This document shows positions 25,930-39,234 of a stretch of 64,000 nt of DNA, in pieces. The position numbers and the translations under genes were made by a program. The DNA lies in assembly GCA_030264375.1 (NCBI GenBank), contig JASCQW010000109.1, positions 32,586,819 to 32,650,818 of the forward strand. The letters run 5' to 3'. Numbering within the stretch: position 1 is the first letter of the stretch; every line of letters starts with the position of its first letter. Origin of the DNA: Carcharhinus longimanus (taxonomy: Eukaryota). Below the pieces are notes generated by a model. That model saw nothing but the letters and a program-made list of their open reading frames with translations. It was not told where the DNA came from and ran no database searches.

Positions 25930-26115
25930 AGGACAGATGGTGTCTGCAACCAAGATCTTGTGATTCTGGTCCAGTTAGTGCAATGCTGGAGACGCATTCT
26001 CGATTCCAGAGGAATGCCCCCAACATAACAAAGCACGCTTGATAGGAGATTGCATTAACGGTGAACATTGTAGGTGACATCAACAGCCATGCATCTCGTA
26101 TCACAAGTGGACCCT
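25930..26115 (+). pseudogene. Harbinger Myb/SANT-like (trihelix) ORF remnant
   Basis: NQDLVILVQLVQCWRRIL...KHA**EIALTVN...HKW follows the D-L..L...V...R..L / AW.EIA..VN / KW pattern. It is convergent with the transposase remnant at 27290-27965. Confidence 0.5.
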
Positions 26116-26202
26116 AAACCGCTCCATTCTGGCAAGATGAGTTGTTTGGCAGGAGCACCCACGGGTCTCTGTAATAGATGACAAATCAAAGTTGCACCAA
26201 TT

Positions 26203-26485
26203 GGGTGGCACGGTGGCACAATGGTTAGTACTGCTGTCTCATGGCGCCAAGGACTCGGGTTCAATTCCTGGCTTGGGTTGCTGTCTGTGTGGAGTTTTTA
26301 CATTCTCCCCATGTCTGTGTGGTTTTCCTCCAGGTGCTCCAGTTTCCTCCCAAAGACGTGTGGGTTAGGTTGCTAAATTTCCCCTTAATATCAGGGGGTT
26401 GGCTGGGGTGAATGCGTGGGGTTGTGGTCAGTGCAGACTTGATGGGCCGAATGGTCTCCTTCTGCTCTGTAGGATTCTATGAATC
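26203..26485 (+). mobile_element. HE1/V-SINE nested in the Harbinger relic
   Basis: GGGTGGCACGGTGGCACAATGGTTAGTACTGCTG...GGTTCAATTCC...GATGGGCCGAATGGTCTCCTTCTGCTCTGTAGGATTCTATGA. Confidence 0.9.
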
Positions 26486-27289
26486 ACATTTGGCACATAG
26501 TGCTCCTGTAACATGGACAAGTGTATGGCTGAGGCATTGGTAGTTCCAAGCAGTTATGAAATATTATGTGAATGCAAATTGTGATTCACCACCTCATTGA
26601 AATAGATACATGGGTGCAGAATGGAATGAGCTGACATCACTCTGTATTTTTGTTCGCAGGAGAGGAGGACTCCCAATGCGAGAGAGTGATGGCTAGACTG
26701 GGGAATGGGTTAGAGGGGCTAAGGACAATTCACTTAGTTGAGGACGCCACAATGGAGATTGCAAGGGTGCCCTCTGAGCTTATTATCAGAGATTTTGAAA
26801 TGCCCATAACAGGTGTCAAAAGAGGTGTTAGGAGGCACCTTTAGTGTGCAAAGTAAATTGGGAAGTTGGTTTGAGTGTGAAGGGTGTTGCATGATAGGAT
26901 TCTGTGAGGATGTTTGTAGGCACTGGCCTGGATCAGTGCCAATTTTCAAAGTGTCCAAGCCTTACTCTAATTATCTCCTTTTGTGCATCATGGTAGTGGT
27001 CTTCACCCAGCTTCCCACAGGCCAGCTCATCCGTCGGGCATCAGGAGGAGGAACGGATGTCTGAGGACACATTGTCACATCTGACCAGCCCACATACTGC
27101 AGTGCACATTCACAGTCATATATATCTGGTAAAAGGCACCTCACCTACGTGCAGGAGAAGGTGTCTGAGTCACAGTGGCTATTCCACAGGTTAGCATGTT
27201 ATGTTTGAAGGAAGCTTGTACGTACAAGAGCTCCCATGTGTTAGAGGCCATGGGCTGATGAGAAGTCTGAGTTGCAGAGCTGCATATTG

Positions 27290-27965
27290 TGGCTGCCATA
27301 TATTGATAACGCTGTGCAATGGTGGTGGGTGGAGACAGTGGAAGGAAGTGGAGTGCTCTTTCTGAGAGCTCAAGGCACCTGAACCACATCTTTAACAGGC
27401 TAATGCCCTGCTCAGTGATGGTCCTCATCTTCAAGTGGATGTTGCTGTTGTCATGTTGGGGTCCCATCTGCATTCCCTCAGAGGAATAAGCAATAATGGG
27501 TCCCCTTTTGTCCCCAGAAATTGATCATAGCCTGGGATGGAAAGGTTGTGGCAGGCATGAATTCCTCAGAATAAAAGAGTTAAGGCATCTGTCAGGGAAA
27601 CGTGCACTTAGTTCCAGGAAGGCCTTAATGTGGTCAAACACAGCCTGCAGGTAGATGGAATGGAGTGGTTTCAGTTCATAAATGGCTCTAGCTACATTGG
27701 TGCCCTTACAGCAATATGGGGACAGTCTACTACTCCTTCATCTATTTATACTCCTTGAACTAATGGGAAGCGTTGGCTTCTGCGATGTTATATCTGTGGG
27801 GAAGTTGATGTGTTCCCACAGCTGAAGAGTCTATTAGTGATGGTGATGATGCACTGGTGGATAGCTGATTGAGGGATGCTTCAGAGGTCCGCAGCAGATC
27901 CCTGGAAGGATTTGGCTGCATAGAAATTGAGGATAACGGTAACATTTCAGAGCTCTACACTGGGA
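27290..27965 (-). pseudogene. PIF/Harbinger DDE transposase remnant
   Basis: Frameshifted pieces on the minus strand match HARBI1/DDE_Tnp_4 motifs: VILNFYAAKSFQGSAADL*SIPQSAIHQCI, GVVDCPHIAVRAP, LHSIYLQAVFDH, RTITEQGISLLKMWFRCLELS. Confidence 0.85.
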
Positions 27966-30949
27966 TACAGTTTCCTGCATTGATTTTCACACTGTGAGTT
28001 AAGGCATTGCAATGAAAATTATGTCTGTTTAAATTCTCAAGTAATTTTAACTGGACCAGCAGACTCATGATTTGTGCCGGTGCCAATAATATCTAGCCTC
28101 CTTTTCCCGACTGACAAAAAATGTTTTGAGTTTGAAGTGTTTGCGGGACTTCCCCTACCCACCACTTTTAAAGGACCCTGGAGTCTTCCCAGCTCTGCAA
28201 AAATCAGGCCCTTTGTCTGTTTTCTCTGTAACTGGCCACATGGCTTTTATATTTGAACCTTCTTCCTGTTGGTATTGCTGTCAGGCCAATGGAAGCCAGC
28301 TCACTTGGATCAGTATTACTTATTATTCAAGAAAATCACATTTGATCCTTACAATTTTTGCTGATGACAAATTTTCCTTTCTGTACTGATTCTGGGTCAA
28401 ATGTCGTCACAAGAATCATCTCCATTTAAGACTAGTAAGTCTAAAATCTCTAATCTTTGCTTGGAGCATAGTTCTACACGTCTTAAGGTTTCGACTTTTA
28501 TCTGCTTCTAGATTCTGACCATCTCCTTTGTGTTTTACTGAACAGAACTAGACAAAATATGCAGGTTTGATCTGACTTTGAGCATGACTTCCTTTGATTT
28601 ATACTTTATTATGTTAATTATAGATTTCTGCTTTCTATTTACTTTGCTGATTTCTGCTTAACAGTGGTTGGGCATGTCGAGCATCTGTTCCTGTGATTAT
28701 TCACCTTCCTCTCTCAGGCAATAACCCATCCCTTAACCTTTTTAGTCAGCAGGCAGCTTTTGGATCTCTTCCCTCATCTGTATTTTTCCGAGCTCAGGGA
28801 CACAATAGTGTCCCAGCCGAGATTACATCAGGCACTTTGTAACCTGGGACTTCTTTCATCTGTACGGATTACGACTCACTGAATAAATCCACTAAGCCAT
28901 CAAGGAAATTCAAGGTTATATTTTTACCTTCATCAGTGACCCCCATTCTTGTAATTATGTATCAAAATTTTTTGCAACATCAATTAGAGTAGCTATCTTT
29001 TTGCAATCTCAAGTTTCCATTAATTATGCCTGCGTTCTCATGCACGACTGCTCACATACAGTTTAACGGAGTAATCATGTAAAGTGCTACTTTGCATAAA
29101 TGTTGAATAATTACATATGTGTTCTGCACATGGTGAGTAATGCTGTGTGAAGTTGTGTCTTATGGGGTGAGAATCCATCATGCATTACCAGATACGGCTG
29201 CAGGATGTCCAAATGTTTTGTGTCCTGTGCGAGTAGGGATCGGCAGAAAAGTTAACTTCATCTATTTATACACACAAGCTAGAAGAGCTTTTGCACCAAT
29301 CTGTAATTTTAGTAAACAATTCAGAATTGTAAAGCACATTAAAAAGCACCATGTGGCTTTCACTTTTAGGGATAATAATCCTGCAGCATTCAATAAACAA
29401 GGCTCTTCTTATCAAAAGCACAGCGTGAGGAGTTGATCAGCAGGGTCTGAGTTGTTTGGTGTAGAGTATGCTAAGAATGCTTAGCTTTTGTCCTACCTTC
29501 ACAGTCAATGAGGCATTGAAATCATCAAGCAGTTACTGCAGTTGTTTAATTTTTTTCTCTTACAGTGCAAGTCTAGAGTCCTTTCAATCATGAAGCCATG
29601 CGATTATACTTTTTCAGTTGCTATGACAAAAAAATAAAGGGGCTGCTGTGAAAATGTGTCTGGCTGCTGTGAAAAAGGGTCTGATTTCCTTCCCTGAGTA
29701 CTGCAGGAATACAGATGAGTGTTGCAAACTACTATGGGCAGCTTTGGCTCAAAACTTGATATATATTGATGTGCTAAGTATATATTTCTTAATGAAATAG
29801 ATCCAAATGATAAAATAGTAGGCAGGTAATCTGATTAGTAATTTGAAGTTCTACACAAAAGTGGATTTATGCGCTCTTATAATTCATTTTAACATTGATT
29901 TAGAATGAAAAATAACTAAGTATTTTGTCAATATTCTTATGAAAAACAGCATCAAGGATGATAAACTTCAAGTACATATGCATCATGCTGCCGATGTCAG
30001 CGAAGATCGTAAATCATACACTCAACATATGTTTGAACAACTTGGTAAGATTGCAAATACATTACCTGCTGTGAATATTCTTTGAGGTGACAAGATTGTG
30101 AAGAAGAAATTTTGAGTATTAATGAGATTGCTAAAAGCATGTTCCTTCTCGACTTTATCAGTCTTTAAGATCTAATTTCAAAAGAAAGCCGGGATTGTTT
30201 TATTGAAGATATACTTATTTTTTCTATGAAGGTCCTCTTCAAAAACTCATTAAATGCATGGATCATTCATAGTGACAGCAGCTATTGCGAAGGACAACAC
30301 AAAGGTAAAAATAAACCAGCAATTTTCCCATTTCCAATACCACTCCTCATTTCTTACCAAAAAGCAAATGAAATTGATACCAGTATTTTTAAAATAATTC
30401 TTCTGTTGCTCACTTTGATCTGTTTAAACATTTATTAATGAACTTCTAGAGAAAACTGTAGCAGTTTTCCACTGAATGAAATTAGTTAGGAATTAGATCA
30501 CCTGCTCAGCTGGTACGGTTATATGGAGGATGGCATCCCACGTTCTACCCTCCATAAACTTGAGTTCATCCTAAACTCTATTTCCTCTGGACCCACAACT
30601 CTCTTGAGAAATCTGCACTGATCCAAGGAATCACCAAGGGAAACCATGCAAGGGAAAAGGCATAGATGGAACTATGGGGGTATGAAAAATTAACATTTGG
30701 GAAGAAAGAAGAGTTGCTATCCTGGTGATGCTTTATCTGCATTGAGGTAGATGTAGTGGAAGCGTGCAAGAGAAGATTAGAGCTATACAGTGGGAACAGG
30801 GAAGGCAAAGAAAGTGAAATTGTTGACCTTGTCAAATGTCACTGAAGGTTGAAGAGAACAATGAGGAATAATACATCAGAGGATTGGGCTGTACAAACTG
30901 CTGCTTTAATAATACTGTTGAGCTGCATTAATGTCCTCAGTCATTTTTT

Positions 30950-31005
30950 AATTGTCAGTGCAGACTTGATGGACCAAAGGGCATTTTCTGTATTGTACAA
31001 CTCTG
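30950..31005 (+). mobile_element. HE1-type SINE/LINE tail fragment
   Basis: GTCAGTGCAGACTTGATGGACCAAAGGGC..TTCTGTATTGTA. Confidence 0.5.
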
Positions 31006-31130
31006 AGTGGGATTTTCTGGCCACATTCACCCCAAAACTGGAAAATCCCACCCAAGATCAGTGGACCTTTCCATGATCTGCCCCTTTCCCGCTACGATTC
31101 CCATGGTGGACAGAATGGGAAAATTCACCC
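31005..31130. mobile_element. MITE-like element
   Basis: Imperfect TIRs GAGTGGGATTTTC / GAAAATTCACCC; body similar to the reverse complement of 19761-19888. Confidence 0.55.
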
Positions 31131-31267
31131 TATGTCTCTAAATGGCTTTTAAATTACATGAGAGGAACAAAATGAATGTTACTGCAGATCAGTCATGATG
31201 GGCCAAATGACAACCTTCAAAGCCCAGGCTTTGGCTCTCAGGTTGGGTGCACACATTTAGGAGAATT

Positions 31268-31590
31268 TTTTTATTCATTCATGGAACATGGGCATCGCTC
31301 GCTGGCCACTTTTTATTCCCCATCCCTAGTTGCCTGAGGACAGTTGTGGTTCTGGAGTCACTTGTAGGCCAGACTGAGTAAAGAAGGCAGATTTCCTTCC
31401 CAAAAGGACATTAATGAACCAGTTGGGTTTTTCCAACAATCAACAGTGGTTTCATGGTTAGCAGTAGATTCTTAATTCCAGATTTTTTTTAATTGAATTC
31501 AAATTTCACCACCTGTCATGGCGGGACTCAAACCCAGGTCCCCAGGACATTAGCTGAGTTCCTGGGTTAATAGTCTATTGATAACACCTC
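31268..31590 (-). mobile_element. Second tRNA-derived SINE family
   Basis: Reverse complement of the element at 63666-64000 (core AACCCA.CTGGTTCA.TAATGTCCTTT.GGGAAGGAAATCTGC), with B box GGTTTGAGTCCC. Confidence 0.85.
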
Positions 31591-32618
31591 CCCATATTCC
31601 TGGTTCTGTGAATCCAACCCTTAAAAATGGCCATCTAGAGCTCAGATCTTTGTTCTGGGGAGGGTTGGCTGGACTGGAAGTTGAACTCACCTGTCCTGGA
31701 ACAAGTGCAGTTGGGTGCCAAGGAGGGCTGGCAGAAGACCTGCCTCTGTCCTGGTACTGTGTTGAATTAAATATTTTTAAATCAGATAGTTCTTTTACCG
31801 TTTGGACAGTTATTTGGCAGTTTGACAAATACAATCAGTTTATGTGCTTTTTATGCCCAATTGTAGTCACTTTTAATAAGCCCAAAGTTTGCCTGCCCTC
31901 TTCCAAATGTGTCTCTGGGTATCTTGTTTCCCCAAAGGGAGAAGTGGCTATCCAAATGAATCCATCAAATTCAAACCAGCTCTTACCTAGTTTATTCTGC
32001 CCACTCCAGGTTTTCCATGTTTGGTCTATCAAAATCCCACTTCAATGGTGCTTTAAATAGCTACTGTTCCTCTAAAAATTGAACATGTTTGGAGGTGAGA
32101 CTTAGAAATTCTGACTTGCTGAGCAGAGTTGGGGGAAGGGTTGTGTTTAGCTGCAATTTGGAGGGAAGGGGTGTGTTTTAGCTCCTTTGTTGAAGGGGTG
32201 GTTAGCCCCTGAGTCATGGCGAGGCCAGTGATGTTTGCATGTTGGGAATTGATTAAACTGTGACATTTTTTAGGAAGGTAATAATCTATCTTTACACAGG
32301 CTTTTATGGCAAAAGCAAATAAATCTCAAAGGTTTGGCTATAATGTCAGGCCCACCAATAGGAAAAAACACAAGGATTTAAAGCAGCCTCGCAGGCATTT
32401 GCATTCAGTCCAAGCATTGAAGTCCTTGTTGACTTGGAGTTCCAACTTGTAATCCCTGGATGTCGCAATCCAGTTTGGGAAGCTCTGCTTAAATGGTCCT
32501 TACTTCAACTTACAAGCATTATGGATTCATTCTGATGTTCTCAAGCTTTCCTATGCCTCCCCCTCATTGTCACACATTGTCTAGTTGAAAAAGACCACTC
32601 TCTGTCTCACACTACTTC

Positions 32619-32862
32619 GATGGTAGTCATGATGTAGAGGTGACAGCATTGGACTGGGATAAACACAGTAAGAAGTCTCACAACATTGGGTTAAAGTCCC
32701 ACAGCTTTATTTGGTAGCAAACGCTACTAGCTTTCAGGGCTCTGCCCCTTTGTCAGTCTCTTTCATCAGGTGACAAAGGGACAGAGCCCCAAAAGCTAGC
32801 GGTGTTTGCTACCAAATAAACCTGTTGGACTTTAACGCGGTATTGTGAGACTTCTTATGTGT
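32619..32862. mobile_element. Palindromic Penelope-like element with two back-to-back decayed hammerheads and 12-bp TSD
   Basis: About 32664-32757 is the reverse complement of about 32773-32862. Flanking repeats TCACACT(A/G)CTTC at 32607-32618 and 32863-32874. Confidence 0.8.
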
Positions 32863-35149
32863 TCACACTGCTTCTTCATGTGATCACCTTCTGACCTCTT
32901 AATTCTGAGATTTGAATTATCAACAAAGATACCATCTTGACTGAAGATTACTTGATATGGAAGCTGATAACACATGAAAGTCTATTCAGTAACATTCCCT
33001 GCTGGGCATAATGAATGAAAGTCATTCTAGCACCACAGAGTGAGCAGCTATGGAATATATTTAATGACTCCCCATTGCTTTCCCAATTAGCATCCTAAAT
33101 GTCTCTAAATGTTGAGTTACAAATTGTAATACCTTTGAGAGTTAACCTTTTGGAATCTGAGTCTAATATTTTATCGTAACTTGAATTTAAATTATTTTCA
33201 TTCCTTATAGGCACAAGTTCCAAAATGTACACAAAAAGAAATCTAAAATAATGAACTCACAATTGGCAAAAGTCCCAGTATGTATACCAAATAAATCCAA
33301 AACAATGATGGCACTTATTGAAAACTGAAATGTTTATCCATTCCTTGAAACAAATTATGGAATTTAATTTGCAAGATTAACACCAAAGTTTCTAGAAGCA
33401 GAACAGGCCCTCCAAATTTCAGAAGACAACACTATGTACTCACTTCCAATGTACTGATTGGTTATAATATGCACAAGAAACAAAAAATCTTTGCTATATA
33501 CTCCCATGTGCAATTAGTATTTGAAGCTAAGAATTGTAAAAATGTCATACCAGAGTCAACAACTGGCAAAATAGAGTATCAATGTGGAAAGGCAGCACTG
33601 TGGTCCTCAGATGCATCCCTGGACAGGGTGTTTAAACTCCATACAGATGGAATGAAGACACCTGCTGACTGAACAAGTAAGTAAGCATGACTGGACGTGG
33701 CTGAGGAGACCATGAGCAGTAGAATCCTGGATACGGTTAAATGATTGGGATAGGAAAAGCCACATGCCATGACATATTTAAGTACAAATGCGCCCTAACT
33801 TTGACAATTTTTTTCCCATTCACCATTCCCTGTTTCTGTAAACACCTCCACCCAATCCTTTCTGACTAGCCACCACTGATACTCTAATCTTATGGCCTCA
33901 CAATCCACAGATGTTGTCCATCAATCTCTCCAAACATTCCAGTGCTCAAACCCATAGGTCTCTTTCATCTGCTCTTGCAGCAGAAAAGAGGATAAACAAA
34001 CAGAACTAGTCATGGCCTTCAATCATCACCACTTTGAAAGCTGCAGAGGAACAGACAATGGACATATGTAGAACCTTGGCATGCTTAGGCATTGGCAATG
34101 AAGAGGTGGGAATCTCCCAGTTACCTGGTGAGAGAATTAAATTTAATACAGCCACATGGCATACAACACTAACTCGTGCTGATTTGATGATTTGCACAAT
34201 GATAATCTTGGTGTCAGAGGAGGATGAAGTCTCCTCAGAGGGATCACTCACTCTATGGAAGCGTAGACTCATGTTCACCCAACCCCCTCCCCAATTAACC
34301 CAGATATGTGCACCTTGGAGGAGCCTTCAAGAGAAGTTATTACATGATGATGCACAAACCACAAGTGTTTAGAGTAGATGTTGGAAACAGCATCGAGAGT
34401 GGTAACTCATCACTGGCGGGTAAAGGACACTTTAATCTCTGCTCAACTAAGCAAAGGTGCTGAGTCATGTGGATCATCAATAAGGTGAACTCTTCTGGAG
34501 CAGCAGAAGAAAATGTCCTCCTGGCCTTTCCGTCTGCACTGTGCATTATAGTGAGAGCTTGGTGAGTCTGCCTCCAGCATAAGCACCAAATGTCTCAGGC
34601 CTTTGCACTGATGTCTGTATCCATGGAAGGATGGCCACTTGCATTTTGTTTTGGAGCATCAATCAGAAAAAAGCAACAAAGTGCGTGCTAGCCCTCACCA
34701 ATGTCCTACACACTCAGATTGCCTTCTTAGATCGGATTGAGGTAAACATCAAATTGACCATTCAGTACCTCATTGACGTTCAACAAAACACTCTTCAGAT
34801 CTTGGCTAGCAGGGAACTGTGGATGGGTCATACAAGGGAAGACAAGGAAAGAGCGCAATGAAAGGGCGCACTTTTCACTTCAGTAGTTCTGCCCTGACCC
34901 CAAATCCTCCACCTCTACCTCTGCCCGTTCTCCACGACAAATGGCATGAGGAGAGTTAGAGACAAATAATGGGTGTTAAAGGGATGCATTATTGACTGGA
35001 CTGGGCACTAATCTGAGTTCAGAATTGATGTCTCAGATGGTTGCACTGCCTCTGATTAGCTGAAGTGTGCCTAAATCAGTCAGTTCTGGGCATCCTCAGC
35101 AGCTAAGTGTGCAGCTACATGTACCCTTGTTGCATGAGGAACATGCTGC

Positions 35150-35350
35150 TGCTCCAGTTCTATCTGCTTTGCTATGTTATATAAGGCACAGTACACCACT
35201 ACCAATCCAAAAATCATTGCTGGTGTATAGTGAAAGGCGCACCTAGATCTGTCCAGGCATCCAGATTGCACCCTCAGCATCTCAATGACTTGCTCAATGA
35301 CAATTCTTGTGCTCTTGTGATTTCTGCTGTACCTCTCCTGGGGGTTCAGT
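35150..35350 (-). pseudogene. Harbinger transposase C-terminal remnant (element probably extends about 33700-35450)
   Basis: YSRNHKSTRIVIEQVIEMLRVQSGCLDRSRCAFHYTP....VVVYCALYNIA fits the YN..H..TR..IE....LK.RFRCLDRSGG.L.Y.P.....CC.LHN motif. Confidence 0.8.
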
Positions 35351-37059
35351 GGTAGGGCTCGTCACAGGTATCATATTAATCTTGATTTAAATTATTGGAT
35401 ATCTGCCTCATCTAAGAGGTAATTTTCAACCCAGCCAGAACCAGATCCGGCTCCAGCCTTAAGGAATGCAGCAAATCAGTTCACGAGTCGGCAACCTGTT
35501 TCATCGGTTAAATATTCTGTGGAAAAAGGAAAACCACCGAAGATCCACCTAGTCATTTTGAAGCATGGTGCTCCCTAACCTATAGGGAGAAATAATTGAT
35601 CCACATGAACATAATCCAATAGCATCTTTATTCATGCCACAATAGCAGCTTGCAGTCCTTGTTATTTTGTGGTATACAGATTACTCTTTTGAGTTATTTA
35701 GGTAATTAATATGTTTTGGACCAGGAAAACATATGGTCCTCCTCTTAACATTTTCCAAAGCCTCAGTTTATCATGTGAGAAGATGAAAACTGGATACAGT
35801 CTTCTAACTGAAGCCAAATCTATGTTTTATAGTGAATTATAGTGACATCAATACGTCAGACCATGGATGTGAAATTCATGGCCCAGATTTTGAGGTTAGA
35901 GGTGAAGTGATAGCACTCACACCGATCTCAGTTGCTATAAAGATTCAGTAGGCTCGGTTTTGTGAATTTTACGTTTCCTAATGTCAGTTTCATTCTGGTG
36001 GCAGCTGTCAGGAATTTCCATTGTCCAGCAGCCTTAATGTTATCAACCTGGCTAATTAGCTGAGGAATTTCAGACAGCAGACAAGGTTTCATCATTCGCT
36101 TTTTGTAACTTTACAGAAAGCAAAATATAAATTGAACATGTACATAGGATTGAGGTAGAAACTGGAATGTCTAAAGAAATTAAAAACAAACCCATACTAT
36201 TTTTAAAATCTATGGAATTTTTACCATGGAATAGAGAAATTTGACTTTCCACAAGTGTAACCATTTTTTAAGGTTACATAGATTGTTCAGCAGTAATAAT
36301 GATTTAGTTCACTGATAAAAACCCAGTTGTAGGTTATTGCACATGGTGTAACTTTTTAAAGGGTTTTCACAATAAGAATAATAGCATAAAAATGAAAATT
36401 CACATCAATTCAGTGACTTCTAATCGATTTCCATTTGCAAATCTTCAACAGGGGCATCCTGTGAAGGCATGGAGAATCACTGACAGCAAACAGGAAGTAG
36501 TGATTAAATAATGCCATTTGTTTTAAAAGTATAAATATTGTATGAGTTTGTAAGGGAATTCCACAGGTTTGAAGCTGTCACTACATCAGGAAGTTTAAAT
36601 GATCAGGAAAGTAATTTAAAGATATTTCACATTGTCTACTTGTCCTGTACAAGTGAATCAAGAGCACAAAAAGACAAATATTGCTTGGAGTTTTCCAACT
36701 GCTGGGTAAACCCTAGGCCTTGTGCTACAGCAGTGATCCAGTTGTACATTAGTGCTCCCTGCTTTCAGGCGACATAATATATCCTTGGCCATTTTGAGAG
36801 CTTCTGTAGTGATAGGTTACAGTGGTGGCCAAACAATCAGAATGATATTTCTGATATTATTGCAGTCATGCTAAATCCATTCTTGTCATACTTGATTTAT
36901 TATTACAGGGTTTCTAAACTATAGCTGGTACCAGAATCCTGTGCAGTTTCAGAAACCTAATGCACAAATTGTAATTTCCAAATATACTGTAGAACTCTAA
37001 TATTTGAAATTGCAACAGTGCCACTGAGTACAGAAGAGTTGGCGGCCTCTAATTGTCCA

Positions 37060-37850
37060 GGTCTGCGCATCGTACTTTAGGAAGGATGTGAAGGCATTGG
37101 AGAGAGTGCAAGAAAGATTTATGAGAATGGTCAAGGGAAGAACTTCTATTATATACATTGGAAAAGTTGGGATCATTTTTCTTGAAGTAAAGAGAGTTGA
37201 GAGGTATTATAGGTTCTTTAGATGTCTCAATAATGAGGTCTTAAGGCTCGTATATTAAATGTGAAACATTTATTGTTAGTCTTTAACGACAAATATTTAC
37301 AGATTCCAAGTTACTGCCATGCATGGAGCTGCATCCCCATGTGGGCTGGGCTTCCAGAGTGTTCTCTCTGAGTCTATTATCATGTGATTGTATAATTTGA
37401 ACCATGGGTGATGCTATTCCAACTCCCACATTAACTCTTACTCTGCTGAGCAGCTTTATATTGCCATTGGCATGTACATAATATTATGAGGAGATTTGAC
37501 AGTGGTATTTAATATCATGAGGGATCTGGGTAGAACTCTTAGAAAGTATTTCCGCTTGTGAGGGGATTAAGAATGAGAAGGTGCAGATTTAAAACAATTG
37601 ACAAATGGAGCAAAGGGGATATGTAAGAAAGCTTCTTCAAGCAATGAGTGCTTAAGGTCTGGAATGCACTGCTTGAGAGTGCATAGGAAGGGACTTCAAT
37701 TGATATATTCAAAAGGGAGTTAGACCATTGCCTGAAAAGGAAGAATGTGCAGGGTTACCGGGAGAAGACAGGATAATGGCACTAAGTGAATTGCTCACTG
37801 AGAAAGTAATACAGATACAATGAACAGAATAGCCTCTTTCTGCTAATAGT
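37060..37850 (+). mobile_element. Decayed CR1 LINE 3' end, interrupted by an insert at about 37205-37485
   Basis: FRKDVKALERVQ..FMRM, later GDL...F.IMR and RVLKVWNALLE, then a CR1 tail. Confidence 0.75.
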
Positions 37851-37883
37851 GCAGTGATAGGAATCGGTGGTGTTGAAGAGGCC

Positions 37884-38028
37884 AGGCTGAAGTTTTCCAG
37901 TGCGTTATGCGGGCAAGATCTTCCAGTCCTACTGATGGCAATCACCTGTGGCACATTCCCAGGTGGTGGAGGATGCGGAGCATGGGGAGAGGATAGGAGT
38001 TGGCAGTGGGAGACAGAAAATCCCACCC
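37884..38028. mobile_element. MITE-like element
   Basis: Termini GGCTGAAGTTTTCC / CAGAAAATCCCACCC with a GC-rich core. Confidence 0.45.
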
Positions 38029-39234
38029 CAGACTTAAGATGAACAAATTTGTCTTGAAGAGATGTGGGGTTGAAAGAGATGATAGAGTTAGGAAGGGTTT
38101 TTAAAACAGTTGAATTTAGAGAATGCTTAGAGCTGCATCTAGACTGCATTCATCCATTGAGCCATCAGGGGAGAAATTTCATTCTTTTCCTACTTCTTAG
38201 CGTTTGTGTCTGTGCTCCAAAGTCAGTTGAAGAAATATGTGTTTATATAAAACAATTTGAGGATATAGAGAATAAGTTAGATATTCCCTTCAGGTTTAGC
38301 CAAATTTCTTACTTTTGGCAGAATACTTGCAAATTTTAGCAGACTGATGGACACAGCATGAGTTGATGTTATTGATAACAGAACAAATATAGTTTAATGA
38401 ATTGCTGATGGTATTTTCAATTGGTTACCATAATGCCAGCCAAATGAATTCAAAAGATACAGCATTGCAAACTATAACCTGTCTGAGGAACAATCAGTTG
38501 ATTTATTTGTTCTGAACGCAACCCAGCAGGGGTGCTGTAATTATCATTACATTACAACATATTTTGCATATAATAATATTATACAGATATAATTTGAATG
38601 CTAGTCAAATTATTAGTTGAGTTAACCCTATGGGAGCAAACCTTTCTCCATGCAGAATTGAGTGTGAATTCATTCACAGTGCATCCTCAATTTGTATCTC
38701 CACACAGATTAAATTCATTCTCAACAATATAATTGTGCAAATGTTCATTTTTAGGTTACACATTAGAATGGAGTTTGTCTCCTGTGCCACATTTCACCAA
38801 CCCATACCGTCAACTAAGTTCTCACCATTTATGGATTTGACACAGTTGCAAAAAGGAAAAGCAATTTCGGTCATAGAAAAGACACAAGCAATTAGTGGAA
38901 GATTATGGCTAGTGTAAATATCTAGCAAAATGTGCATATATCAGGAACAGATGGAAAAGAACAGCGATTATTTTGACACAAGACAGAAACAAATTCTAAA
39001 AGCAGTAAAAGCTTGTCGTGCCATTGAACTCTCTATACCCTTCCTTTAAATCAATAGGTTCCTTAGTCATAGTTTCTCATTTTTAATAAATTATTTAATT
39101 GTGTTAAACTGAAAATGGCAGTTGCACCTGCAACAATTTCGATCAATGAAGAAAAGTTGTATTATAACTACATGTTCTAACACTGGTAGTCTTTCTGCAA
39201 TTAACGAACTGTAGGTCAGGGGTAACCATTAGTT

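Noticed and set aside
26203-26270. tRNA genes at the A/B-box motifs (also 40443, 50066, 52305, 63666)
   Set aside because: These are SINE heads that continue into SINE bodies, not standalone cloverleaf genes.
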